NCBI RefSeq assembly: GCF_006345805.1
Contig: NC_043005.1
Span: 108,934,001-108,998,000, forward strand
Direction: 5' to 3'
Source: Octopus sinensis
Lineage: Eukaryota
DNA length: 64,000 nt
The translations under genes and the position numbers were made by a program. The notes under the pieces were generated by a model that searched no databases, was not told the origin of the DNA, and saw only the letters and a list, made by a program, of their open reading frames with translations. Below, in pieces: positions 27,627 to 39,656 of this stretch (positions within the stretch are counted from its first letter, which is position 1; the number at the start of each line of letters is the position of its first letter).

Positions 27627-28789
27627 TTCATTTTCCGCAACTTATTCATTGTCAACATTTTCGTTTCAAGCTGTTGATCCAAATAATAAAGTTGTGACCA
27701 GTAAATTATTCCGAAAGTGTTTCAAGTAAATTACAAATATTGTGAATTTCTGTTCAAGGTTTGGATCTTTCAAACAAACCAGAATTGGAACCAAATGTTT
27801 CGTCAATTTCTGTTAATATCTTATTTTCTTTCATCAAGTTTTCTTTAAATGTAAAGACGATTAAAGCATTCATTTCAATAATTATAATTAGTTAAATGAA
27901 TTCATTTGCAGTTGCAAACTTCCATCCCACAAAGGCAAAAGACGTTCCATTTCAGTTTTGGCACTGATTTTATTCTGTATTATTTCAAAAGTCGATTCTG
28001 CTTTATCTTTTTCCTTATAATTATCCATGTTTCATACAATTGTTCGCTACCACAAGCAACTGCATGAAACGTAACATTACCTTATTTCTTCCCAATTCTC
28101 TCCTTTCTGCTTTGCTTTCAACCACATTCATTTATTTTCTTAGCTTTCAATTTATCCTGTTAACACTTTTCCTCTTCACAACACAAGAAATTTTCCCTTC
28201 AATCTATCTTTATCCGTTGCTATAGGAGCTAGGGGTCAGTTTTCATTTTAACTTTGCCAAGATAACACGAGAAGACACAATTCAAACAGCAGCTCCTTGT
28301 CATATGCAAGCAATCGAAATAATAACGACCTCATATTTTAACACAAGACCATTAGTTTTTAGTGGGAAGGGTGAGTCAATTAGATCAACCCTATAGTTGA
28401 CTGGTATTTTATTTTATTGACCCTGAAAAGATGAAAGGCACACTAAAACCAGTAGAAATTTGCTATGCATTTTTGTCCCTGAAACTGACGATTCCGCTAG
28501 CCTGTCACAGTGTTTTAGCTGGGGAGGTAATAAGGTCACTCTTGGTTTATTATGGAATGTACCCAACTCACGTGATAGTTCAAACAGCCAATCATTAAAG
28601 ATTAACGTGTTTAAGGCTGTTGTTGACTAAAATTGTCACAACAGAAATGGGCTGCACTACAGTGTTTTTTTTATTAACCACCTAGGACTTACAAGATCGA
28701 AGATGGTACAGAGCAATACAATGTAATATAAGTTTCATAAAAGTGTGTAAACTTTAAAATAGCAGCATCAAAAATTTGAATGAGGACTA

Positions 28790-31240
28790 ATTCGCAAAAT
28801 GGAGCTAGGGGAACCTGGAAAGACTGCTTGTGGAAACATCACAAAACTACAGTTGCCTTGGTCTATCTACATAAGATCTGGATGACTCGATATAGTTTGT
28901 CCATCTCGACATTGGTGAATCTGAGAAATCCAGTTGGTACCTGTCAGATAGTTGGAAAAACTCTGTGAGGCTTTTGCACTCAGTTCTTCTATCAGCTATC
29001 TCCACACAATCTCTGTGTAGATCCATGATGAGTTCGGCTCACCCACAAGCACTAAAGGGTGGAACATACCCCTGAAGTGATCAGGCACCTCAAGAAATCT
29101 GGCAGTCCCATCCCTGTTGAGATATAGATGGTATTTAGTCTGAAGGCACGGCCCATGGTACTGGTCATGCCCAGAAACACTGAAGTACCTTTTGGATCCA
29201 CAAAGATTGCCACATCACACGATGCAGCTGTTTTCAAAGCAACACAGGTGCTAGGGTCACTGGTTATAGACTTGTGATCACGTACATTCACACTGCTTAT
29301 TTTGAGTAGGTTCCTGTTTGATTGTCAGTTTTTGTGTCTCCTCTTATCCGTTCCTTTTTAATCTGATGCAATGCTTTTCATTTTCCAAGCATCTTCCCCA
29401 CTCCCCTTCACAAATACTCATTCTGGTGGTTCATTCAAACTGCCAACCCCATGAGGCAAGCCTCTACAGTCAGCACAATCTGTGGCAGGGGGAGTGGTAT
29501 ATCTGTGCAGTCAAGTGTGTTTGTACTGGACGTCTGGCTGATTCTTCTTCTTCTTACAGCATTCACCCGGGGTGGGTTGAGCTGGCTTCATTCATCCTCA
29601 ATGCTGCATCTCTCACAAACGCCGACCAGACCTGGCAATTTTAGGCTAATGACTGCGTGATCTCCAACCACTCCTTATTTCAGCGGCGAACACCGTAGAT
29701 ATGAGGGCCTAGGTTGGGTTCCAGATCAGCCTTGACCGTCATCAGCCAGGTTTTTCATTGTCCACCACATCGCTTTCGCCAACCCTGAAGGGGAGCTGGG
29801 GCAATTGCTTCGTAGATGAATTCTCCTGGTTGACAACGGAGGGCATGACCCAGCCAACGCAGACGTCTCATCAGGATGACTTGTCAGAGGGAGGTGATTC
29901 TGCACTGGTGTCACACCGAATTGTTGGAGACAAAGTGATGCCATCAGACACGAAGGATGCGGCATAGACAGAGGTGATCGAAGGAGTCTAGTCGCTTAAT
30001 ATCTTCCACCCTCATTGGCCATGACTCGCTGCCATAAAGGAGAATCGTTCACACTAGTGCTTGGTAGATTTGTACTTTGGTGGTGCATGGATCTCGGATC
30101 TTGACCAGAGTCGTGCACTGAGTTGGTTGAAGTCTGAGTCTGGCTGATTGGTGGTGTTTGTGATACTTTTCTCTTGTTTGTGGCATTGATGCTTGCTTCT
30201 ATTGTTTCTTTCGGTGTCACTATTGCTGCTTTTGATGACATTGCACTTGATGCTGCAACTATTGATGCGGTTTTTGTTGATGTTGCTGCCGTTTTTCTTT
30301 TTGATGTGGTGAAGGCATCAGCAAAATGGATCAAAACAGGGATGGCCTCCATACTTCGTTGATCTCTCTGAATTAACAGTTCCATCCTTCTGCTCAACCT
30401 ACTTTCCTTTCTCAGTCTCTGAACCCGTAGAATACTTGCTTTGCTTTCTATACTGTATACTATGGCTGCCACGAGCAAGGTGATATCTCCTTCTGACAGA
30501 ATTCTTAGCTACCTTTATTCGTTGGAATCAGAAGCAGTTCATCATTCTTCAGTGTTGCGATCGAATTTTTCTTCACCACTTCTTTGGTTGAAAACGTCAC
30601 TTCATCTGTGCCCAAGCATCTTCCTCAAGTGACACAGATTATGTATTAGACTGGTTTACGGTTCTTTCAATCTGGGCCTGCATCAACAGCTCAAGTCACC
30701 TTATTTTGAACAAAATACAAAGTTATATGTCATAGGTTTTCTTGACTGTGGTCCTCTTGAATTTGTTGTTGTGTATTTAAGCATATTGCTCTCTCTTCCA
30801 TTCTTGATGAGATGCGTTTTTGCATTTCTTAGATCTAATCTAAGAAAAGAAAACTGCTTCTAGTTTTCTGCAAATATTTGTGAAACTGTTTCCATTTTAT
30901 TTGAAAGTCTTACTGTTTACCATTTTCATTGTATTAATGTTTGTGCAGGTGGAGGTCGTGATCGTTTCAATGTTCTTTTTGTTTTGTTCGCTACTCTTGT
31001 TGTTACCGAGGCAAGTATTTGCTGCAGTGGAAAGTGTAGTGATAGTTTTCCTTTCATGTTCTTTCGTTTTTGTTTTTCTTGTTTCCATTGCTTTGTTAAT
31101 TATACATCTTCTGTAAACTGTAGCAAGTAGTGCTGGGAAACTATTTTCATAATAGCTCTTCAAAGAGTCATCTCTTTCCTCGATCTGTGAAACCATATTA
31201 TTTTTCTTTAAAAAAGATATGTAACTTTGCAAATGAAAAC
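28790..31240 (-). mobile_element. L1/Tx1-like non-LTR retrotransposon 5' part (ORF1 remnant plus APE endonuclease start), interrupted by an RTE
   Basis: After removing 29544-30137 and one TSD, the ORF1-like frame is continuous (..KVSQTPPISQ|TSSTNTLDC..). It is followed by LLKISSVNVR (APE start), PLVLVG and FQLSDRYQLD..RWTN..SSRSYVDR (SYxDR motif). Outer boundaries approximate. Confidence 0.75.
29544..30137 (-). mobile_element. 5'-truncated RTE-clade LINE with (AAG)n tail and 12-bp TSD
   Basis: TKVQIYQALV*TILLYGSESWPMRVEDIKRLDSFDH and RRLRWLGHALR; tail (CTT)4 at 29544-29555; GTCTGGCTGATT at 29532-29543 and 30138-30149. Confidence 0.93.
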
Positions 31241-31389
31241 TTCAAAGTTTGCCTCGATGAGGCAAATATTTTACTAAGCCAAACAGCATTGGGAAATGCT
31301 GGTTGACTTAGTAATAAAATGATATATAAGAAAAACCAAAATAGCATTCTTCAAAGTGATAAAATTCTACAAGACAATGTCTTTTCCTT

Positions 31390-31800
31390 TGCAAACACAA
31401 TCCCTTTGTAGAATGTGTGGCAGCAAAAACAAAACAATCTCATATACTGTGAGTGAGTGTAGCAAGCTTGCCCATAAGCACTACAAAAGGAGGCATGATA
31501 ACGTGGCTAAGTGTTTTCACTGGAGACTGTGTGGAAAGTACTGTATGAACCAGAGGGCATCACTGAAAACAGAGTATAAGATCTTGTGGGCTTTTACAAT
31601 CCAGTGTGATTCCCTAATCGATGCTTGTGGACCAGACATTGTCATGGTAGATGAAAGAAACAAGGAAACCAAGGTCCTAAATATTCCCATACTTGGGGAG
31701 GTACACATAGATGACAAAGAGCTGGAAAAGATGGAGAAATACAGACTACTAAAAGACGAAATTGTAAAAATGTTGGCGATGAAGAGAACAATAATACTAT
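31390..31800 (+). mobile_element. R4/Dong-like CCHC plus RLE remnant
   Basis: CRMCGSKNKTISYTVSECSKLAHKHYKRRHDNVAK..HW.LC; KILWAFTIQCD..I...PDIVMVD; ELEKMEKYRLL. Confidence 0.85.
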
Positions 31801-32126
31801 TATTTCAATGCGAATGAATGACTTCGTTGAGAAAACTTTTCTGGAGAAAAACCTGTCTAAAAATATCAAGCATAAAAAGGTTATGATTTTTTGCAATTTC
31901 ATATTAATTTTTATTATTCTGTTTGTGTATTAGAATATGTACACATTAAAACATTGAAATAAAAAATTTAACTCATTACTGAAATTAATTTAATTAGAAT
32001 ATAGCTTTATTTTAAACTGAAAATTGTTCAAAACTATATGTTTTTGTAGCGGATATCCTTTGTCATTTTTAGATGCAAACAAAATTTATAGATTTGAACA
32101 AAATCTGTATTTTGTAGTATAAAGGT

Positions 32127-32280
32127 CATCATCATCATCGTTTAACGTCCACTTCCCATGCTAGCATGGGTTGGACGTATGATTGAGGGCTGGCAAACCA
32201 GATGGCTGCACCAGACTTCAATCTTGATCTGGCAGAGTTTCTACAGCTGGATGCTTTTCCTAACGCCAACCACTCCGTAA
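32127..32280 (-). mobile_element. Short RTE 3' end with (GAT)n tail and 9-bp TSD
   Basis: tataaaggt at 32118-32126 and 32281-32289. Confidence 0.8.
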
Positions 32281-32818
32281 TATAAAGGTAAATATAATTA
32301 ATTAAAACAGAAGCATTGCCTGGGAAAAAGTGGACTAGCATGAAAAATGCAGATGCAGAATCCAAGATATTCATAAGCATTGAACCTGGAAAAGTACAGA
32401 ACAAACAGTAATTAACCCTGGAAGTGTACATGAAAAAAAAAAAAGAAAAAAACTTAAAATATTGCTACTGAAGTAAGAATTTGCTAAATTAATTTCTGAA
32501 ATTGTTCATCAAATAGTGTGTGTACTGTTTCGTTTTATATGTATTTATTTGCTTTTTATTGCGAAGTGTTTTCATTTAAGTTAATATATTTGATTTAAAA
32601 ATTTATTTGTATAAAGCTAAAGCATTTCTGTCTTATTTTTAGCATCAAATTATTTTTTTAATTTCATTTTCTAAACAACCCATTATCCAAACAATTTAAA
32701 TCACAGATATTGTGTTATAAAAATAAACTCATGTAGAATATATATGATGCAGTTAATATTGATGGTGATAATGTGGATGTCAGGATTCAGTGTTGGTAGT
32801 GATGGTGGAGGTAATTAA

Positions 32819-32968
32819 CCCTTTCGTTATCAACCCGGCTGAAACCAGCTCTGGCTCTGAGTACAAATGCCTTGTTTCCATAAGTTTTGAATTTAGAACT
32901 TCCACCAAACCTTAGTCACAATTTATGTTCCTAACACTAACTGAATGATAACTAAGTTATTTTACTAA
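32819..32968. mobile_element. Truncated piggyBac-type MITE
   Basis: TTAA|CCCTTTCGTT; reverse-orientation match to the right part of 19013-19232. Confidence 0.7.
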
Positions 32969-33927
32969 TCGACTGCCCTCACTCTTCAAAAATTTTGGGC
33001 CCTGTGCCTAAAGTAAAAAAGATTATTTGTAGCAGTGTTGTTGTTGCTGGTGATGGTAGTAGAGAGAATGGTAGCATGAATTGCACTGGTGACAGTAGTG
33101 ATAATGGTATTGTTGATGCTAATGTTGGCGATGGTGATGATGATGGTGTTGATGGTAGTGTTGATAGTGATGGTGATAGTGGTGGTAGTAGTGATGGTGT
33201 TGATTATATTAGTGGAGATGGGGTTGGTGGCTGTCGTTGTTGTTGTTGTTGTTGTTAGTGGTGGTGGTGGTGGTGGCAATGACAACAGAAATAATGAAGG
33301 CATTTGTTGCCGTGAAATTGATAGTTATTATTAATCATACTTGATGGTGAAGAAGGAGGTGATGGTGATGATGATAATGATAATGTTGTTTCTGTTGTAG
33401 TGCTCCTTGTTGGTGATTTATTTGTTAGTGACTAGACTCTGTCAGTTTTTGATCGATGATGGCATGGATAGAACCAATAAAACATTTAATTAATTCATTT
33501 ATAACATGTCTATATACTTTTTAACTTGAGTTATTGCACGTAGAGTATGGGGTATGTTTAATTTTTATTTTTTTGTTAATTTTTATATTGGCCAGACTAT
33601 TAACCTCACCTTTTGTCTTCCTCGTTACACACTGCGATCAGTGGGTCTAAACTTCACCAGTCTTTGGATGCCCTGTTTTAATGTGTGCATGCACATACAC
33701 ACACATGTGAGCACACACATGCACACATGTGCACACACACACTCTCACACATGCACACACACACGCACATAACTGGACAAGCCGCATAGATTTGGTTCCA
33801 GCTCAGTGATTTAAATCTCAAAGTTAATGACTTCAACCAAGTGTGGGTAAACAGCAGAAGTAACCAAATTTATGTATGCACATATATATATTAGTGTGTG
33901 TGTGTGTGTATACATATACATTCATAC

Positions 33928-33959
<32 letters not shown>

Positions 33960-33970
33960 GTATATATGTG

Positions 33971-34004
<34 letters not shown>

Positions 34005-34184
34005 ATATATATGTATATATATAAACAGATGAGTGTATTTTTTCTCTTGTTAACAATTAACACGGAAAAAATAGATAAATAGTTACCAGGGTAGTAAAAA
34101 ATCACACAAGTAAAAATGTTGTAACTCCTTGTTTTAAAGGTAGAAACTTCAGGTTTACATGGAATTTTTTTGTATGATATATAA

Positions 34185-34245
<61 letters not shown>

Positions 34246-34321
34246 CATACATATATATATATATATATTGTTATATTTCGGAATGGTCATATTGCCAGTT
34301 TAGCCAATAAATATTTAAACG

Positions 34322-34401
<80 letters not shown>

Positions 34402-34456
34402 CATATATATATACAAATATATATACATATATATATATACATATATACATATATAT

Positions 34457-34489
<33 letters not shown>

Positions 34490-34490
34490 G

Positions 34491-35018
34491 GCCCCTACCT
34501 GGGATGTAGTCAGTCCACCTGTGCATACCTTCCTTCTTGGGACACTTGTGAAGACCTGTTGAGGCAAGTGAAAATCAAAATCAAAATCAAACCAAATCAA
34601 AATCGATGAACATCAATGGAATTTGTATCTTTGTGGTACCAGTACCGGTCGCACATAAGAAGACCATCCGAACGTGGCCATAGCCAGTACCGCATCGACT
34701 GGCCTCCGTGCTGTGGGCACGTAACAAACACCATCTGATCGTGGCTGTTCGCCAGCCTCGTCTGGCACCTGTGTCGGTGGCACATAAAAAACACCATCCG
34801 AGCGTGGCCGTTCACCAGCCTCATCTGCCACCTGTGGCGGTGGCACATAAAATCACCCACTACACTCTCGGAGTGGTTGGCATTAGGAAGGGCATCCAGC
34901 TGTAGAAACACTGCCAGATCTGACTGGCCTGGTGCAGCCTTCGGGCTTCCCAGACCCCAGTTGAACCGTCCAACCCATGCTAGCATGGAAAGCGGATGTT
35001 AAACGATGATGATGATGA
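34491..35018 (+). mobile_element. RTE LINE 3'UTR copy with (GAT)n tail
   Basis: Internal ~60-bp tandem units; ends ccaacccatgctagcatggaaagcggatgttaaacgatgatgatgatga. Confidence 0.85.
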
Positions 35019-35019
35019 T

Positions 35020-35055
<36 letters not shown>

Positions 35056-35068
35056 AATATATATGTAT

Positions 35069-35168
<100 letters not shown>

Positions 35169-35299
35169 TAAATATTCATGGGCATATGGTGTAGGGGTTA
35201 AGAGAGCAGACTACTAACCCCAAGATTCTGTGTTTGATTCCAGGCAGTGACCTGAATAATAATTTCGAACCTGGGTTCTCATTCCTAAGGTACATTTCA

Positions 35300-35686
35300 G
35301 GCGCAGGAGTGGCTGTGTGGTAAGTAGCTTGCTTACCATCCACATGGCTCCAGGTTCATTCCCACTGCGTGGTACCTTGGGCAAGTGTCTTCTACTATAG
35401 CCTCGAGCTGACCAAAGCATTGTGAGTGGATTTGGTAGACGGAAACTGAAAGAAGCCTGTCGTATATATGTATATATATATGTATGTGTGTGTATATGTT
35501 TGTGTGTCTGTGTTTGTCACCCCCCAACATCACTTGATAATCAATGCTGGTGTGTTTACGTCCCTGTAACATTAGTGGTTCAGCAAAAGAAGCCAATAGA
35601 ATAAGTACTGCGGTCGATTTGCTCGACTGAAGGCGGTGCTCCAGCATGGCTGCAGTCAAATGTCTAAAACAAGTAAAAGAGAGTAA
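35300..35686 (+). mobile_element. SINE family A, near full length
   Basis: ggcgcaggagtggctgtgtgg head; tail with GTCGA-TTTGC-TCGAC stem-loop at 35613-35627. Confidence 0.9.
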
Positions 35687-35704
35687 ATATAAGTCAACAT
35701 CATA

Positions 35705-37100
35705 ATCATCATCATCGTTTAACATCTGCTTTCCATGCTGGCATGGGTTGGATGGTTTGACCGAGGACTATCAAACCTGGAGTCTGTACCAGGCTCCAAT
35801 CTGATCTAGCAATGTTTCTACAGCTGGATGCCCTTACTAATGCCAACTACTCCGAGAGTGTAGTGGGTGCTTTTTATGTGCCACCAGCATGAGGGCCAAT
35901 CAGGCAACACTGGCACTGACCATGCTAGAATGATGCTTTTTTTGAACCACCAGCATGGGAGTCAGGCAGCACTGGCATTGACTACACTTGAATGGTGCTC
36001 TTTATGTGCCACTGACACAAGAGCCAGTCAGGTGGTACTGGCATCGACCATGCTCAAATGGTTCTTTTTACAGGCTACTGGCATGGGTGCCAGTCAGGCA
36101 GCACTGGCATCAGCCACCACGATTTCATTTGACTCAATAGGTCTTCTCAAGTACAGCATATTGTCCAGCAATTGAAGGATACTTTTAAACGGGCCAGTTA
36201 TGTGACACTGGCATCAGCAACAGCTATGATCTCACTTGACTTGCCGGGTCCTCTCAAGCACAGCATATCTCTAAAGCCCTCAGCTGCTTGTCATTGCCTC
36301 TGTTAGGCCCAATGTTCGAAGGTCGTGCTTCACCACCTCATCCCATGTCTTCCTGGGTCTACCTCTTCCACAGATTCCTTCCACTGTTAGAGATCAGCAC
36401 TTCTTCACACAGCTGTCATCCATACGCAACACATAACCATACCAGCACAGCCATCTATCTTACACACCACATCTGATGCTTCTTACATCCAACTTTTCTC
36501 TCGGGGCACTTACACTGTTATAAATGCACAATGACATTACACATCCAGCAGAGCATACTAGCTTCATTTCTTTCAAGCCTATGCATGTCTTCAGCAGTCA
36601 CAACCCACGTTTTACTGCTGTGTAATATGGTTGTTCACATTCATGTGTCATACAGTCTACCTATCACTCTGAGGAAGAGGCCCTTTGTTACCAGTGGAGG
36701 TAGGAGCTCCCTAAACTTTACGCAGGCTTCTTATTCTAGTAGCTATGCTCTCAGAACATCCACCACTGCTACTGACTTGGCCACATAAGTAATGGAAGCT
36801 ATCGGCTAGTTCTAGTTCTTTTCCCCCTGGAATGTGATGGAATCTGTTTTCTATACATCTTTGGTATTTATTGTCCCTGTGCATCTGCCACACAAAAACC
36901 TATCTTCCCAGTTAACCTTCCTTTGATATTGCTGCACCTCTTATGTGTCCATAGCTTACATTGGGTACATCTTATGGAGTTTCTACCTACGCCTTTTCTA
37001 CAGATTGAGCAGGGCCATCTACCTGAAGGGGTTTGTTATTTGTCTGCCCTCCTACTAAGACTTTGTTTTTTAGTCTGCTTTCCTACTTACTAAGACTTTG
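35705..37100 (-). mobile_element. RTE-clade LINE, 5'-truncated (post-RT region with PHD-type finger, C-terminus, 3'UTR, GAT tail)
   Basis: KTKVLV; CSICRKGVGRNSIRCTQCKLWTHKRC; ELADSFHYL..VSSSGGCSESIATRI; WYGYVLRMD..CVKKC..VEG.CGRGRPRKTW; continuous into the (GAT)n-tailed UTR. Confidence 0.9.
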
Positions 37101-37129
37101 GTATATATATATACACATATATATATATA

Positions 37130-37300
37130 TATGACAAAATATCTTAAAAGATACCTCACAAGAGCAAAATTCACATCAGAGAATGAATCAGAATTCTCTG
37201 TAAAGGAATGTGGTGATAGCAGGTGTGGAACATGCAACAACAACAACAGCTTCAAATATTTAGACAGTGGTTCCCACATAAAATTTAAGAGCGAACTCTC
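37130..37300 (+). mobile_element. Penelope-like element remnant (linker upstream of GIY-YIG)
   Basis: LTRAKF...SVKECGDSRCGTC (CxxxxCxxC-type motif typical of the PLE linker). Confidence 0.65.
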
Positions 37301-37374
37301 ATACAAGTATACCTTGTGAGTAGATTTGGTAGACAGAAACTGAAAGAAGTCTGTCATATATCTATCTATCTATC

Positions 37375-37404
<30 letters not shown>

Positions 37405-37408
<4 letters not shown>

Positions 37409-37753
37409 AAATATATAAAATATAAATTAGAGAAAAAAACCCACTGTTATGCAATTCAAACAATGATAGACATAAACCAAATCATAAATAAAAAAAATAT
37501 ATATTTTTATAAAACATGTAACTAGATCACAAAAGTATAAAAATGAATAATCAATATATAATAAGTATATAATAAGTATACTTATTATATACTTATTATA
37601 TATTGATTATTCATTTTTATACTTTTGTGATCTAGTTACATGTTTTATAAAAATATATATTTTTTTTTATTTATGATTTGGTTTATGTCTATCATTGTTT
37701 GAATTGCATAACAGTGGGTTTTTTTCTCTAATTTATATTTTATATATTTATAT
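37405..37753. repeat. Near-perfect spacerless palindrome, 349 bp
   Basis: Centre AAGTA|TACTT at 37574-37583; the arms match apart from one base in an A/T homopolymer run. Confidence 0.95.
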
Positions 37754-37825
37754 TGTGAAATTTGATTTAATACTAAATTGAATTTTTCCTTGTAAGTTTG
37801 GAGTTATACTCCCTAATATTATTAT

Positions 37826-37856
<31 letters not shown>

Positions 37857-37860
37857 TAAG

Positions 37861-38408
37861 CATGACCTTCGTATGTTGAGCCTCACAGAGGCTATGACAA
37901 AAGACCGAGACCTCTGAGATATGCTGTGACTGTGACGACCCAACAAATGAAGTGAGTTCATGGCTCGCAGGATGGCCTGCTGTGCTAACCTTTGATCGTA
38001 GAGTGACCCGCTATTCTTGAGGAGAACTATTGAGTCAAGTACATCAACACCAACATCAAAATGAATATCAAATGGAAATTGTAGTTAACATACCCATGCT
38101 GGTGACATGTTAAAAGCACCATCCAAACGTGGTCGATATGAGCACTACCTGACTGGCGTCCGTGTCGGTGACAAGTAAAAACACCAACCGATCGTGGCCG
38201 TTTGCTAGCCGCCTGTGGCACGTAAAAAGCACCTACTACACTCACGAAGTGGTTGGCGTTAGGAAGGGCATCCAGCTGTAGAAACACTACCAGGTCAGAC
38301 TGGAGCCTGGTGCAGCCTCCTGGCTTCCCAGACCCCAGTCAAACCGTCCATCCAATGCTAGCATAGAAAACGGATGTTAAACGATGATTATGATGATGAT
38401 GATGATGA
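37861..38408 (+). mobile_element. RTE 3' end (ORF2 C-terminus plus 3'UTR, GAT tail)
   Basis: HDLRMLSLTEAMTKDRDL*.YAVT then the shared UTR and (GAT)n. Confidence 0.85.
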
Positions 38409-38416
38409 TATATATA

Positions 38417-38636
38417 GATGCCAGACCCCTCTGGCACCTGTGCAGGTGGCACATAAAAAGCACTCACTACACTCGCAGAGTGGTTGGCGTTAGGAAGGGC
38501 ATCCAGCTGTAGAAACACTGCCAGATCAGACTGGAGCCTGGGGCAGACCCTGGCTCCCCAGACCCCGGTCAAACCGTCCAACCCATGCTAGCGCGGAAAA
38601 CGGACGTTAAACGATGATGATGATGATGATGATGAT
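38417..38636 (+). mobile_element. RTE 3'UTR short copy in tandem with the previous one
   Basis: gtggttggcgttaggaagggcatccagctgtagaaac...cggacgttaaacgatgatg. Confidence 0.85.
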
Positions 38637-38639
38637 GCT

Positions 38640-38850
38640 TATGTGTCTGTGTTTGTCCCTGCAGCATCACTTGGCAACTGATGTTGGTGTGTTTATGTAC
38701 CCATAACTTAGCGGTTTGGCAAAAAGAGACCAATAGAACAAGTACTAGGCTTACAAAAGTATAAGTTCTGGGGTTGAGTTGTTTGACTAAAGGCGGTGCT
38801 CCAGCATGGCTGCAGTCAAATGACTGAAACAAATAAAAGAATAAAAGAAT
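38640..38850 (+). mobile_element. SINE family A 3' half
   Basis: tgtgtttgtccc...gactaaaggcggtgctccagcatggctgcagtcaaatgactgaaac. Confidence 0.85.
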
Positions 38851-38999
38851 ATAAATCACTATATCAACAAGTTTATCAGATTCTGTTATGCCTGGCTGGT
38901 CAGAATGTGCTTCCATGTATCATCGTATCATTTCAAATGATGCCACCTCAGTGGTTAGGCATGCAGGCAAATACTAGTCTGAACAGAATGGGAGTATCA

Positions 39000-39140
39000 C
39001 AGGTTTACCCATTTGCAGCTGAGTGCACTGTGGCCATGTGAAATGAAGTGGTTCTCTCACACATTGCATCACCAGTCAGCGAATCAAAACTACAAGCTTG
39101 CAATTAGGAGTGCAACACCGTAACCTATGAGCCATGCACC
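39000..39140 (-). mobile_element. Decayed SINE family C head
   Basis: Minus strand gtgcatggctcata...cactcagctgcaaatgggtaaac resembles 55876 onward. Confidence 0.55.
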
Positions 39141-39154
39141 TTTACACACACACA

Positions 39155-39190
<36 letters not shown>

Positions 39191-39239
39191 CACACCTACA
39201 CACATATATATATATAGGTAGGTATGTGAGTAGGCAGGG

Positions 39240-39246
39240 AGCTATA

Positions 39247-39281
<35 letters not shown>

Positions 39282-39339
39282 TCAGATTGATGGATGGATG
39301 GATGGATAGCTAGCTAGCTCAATGGATGGATGGATAGAC

Positions 39340-39384
<45 letters not shown>

Positions 39385-39413
39385 TATAGATAGATGGATG
39401 GATATATATATAT

Positions 39414-39474
<61 letters not shown>

Positions 39475-39513
39475 GATAGATAGATAGATAGATAGATAGA
39501 CAGATAGATAGAC

Positions 39514-39545
<32 letters not shown>

Positions 39546-39602
39546 TGATTGATAGATAGACAGATAGATAGATAGATTGATAGACAGATAGATAGATAGA
39601 TT

Positions 39603-39653
<51 letters not shown>

Positions 39654-39656
39654 GGA

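Noticed and set aside
27620-28080. Possible decayed coding segment on the minus strand
   Set aside because: Short open stretches but no motif I recognise; needs tBLASTx
29996-30478. 160-aa ORF as a host gene
   Set aside because: A chimera of decayed L1/Tx1 ORF1 (30478-30138) and out-of-frame RTE sequence
31245-31295. tttgcctcgatgaggcaaa hairpin / possible decayed hammerhead
   Set aside because: Both cores are disrupted and it is a single copy here, so it cannot be separated from chance
35860-36110. CRISPR-like array
   Set aside because: Eukaryotic context; the units are tandem without unique spacers and belong to an RTE 3'UTR
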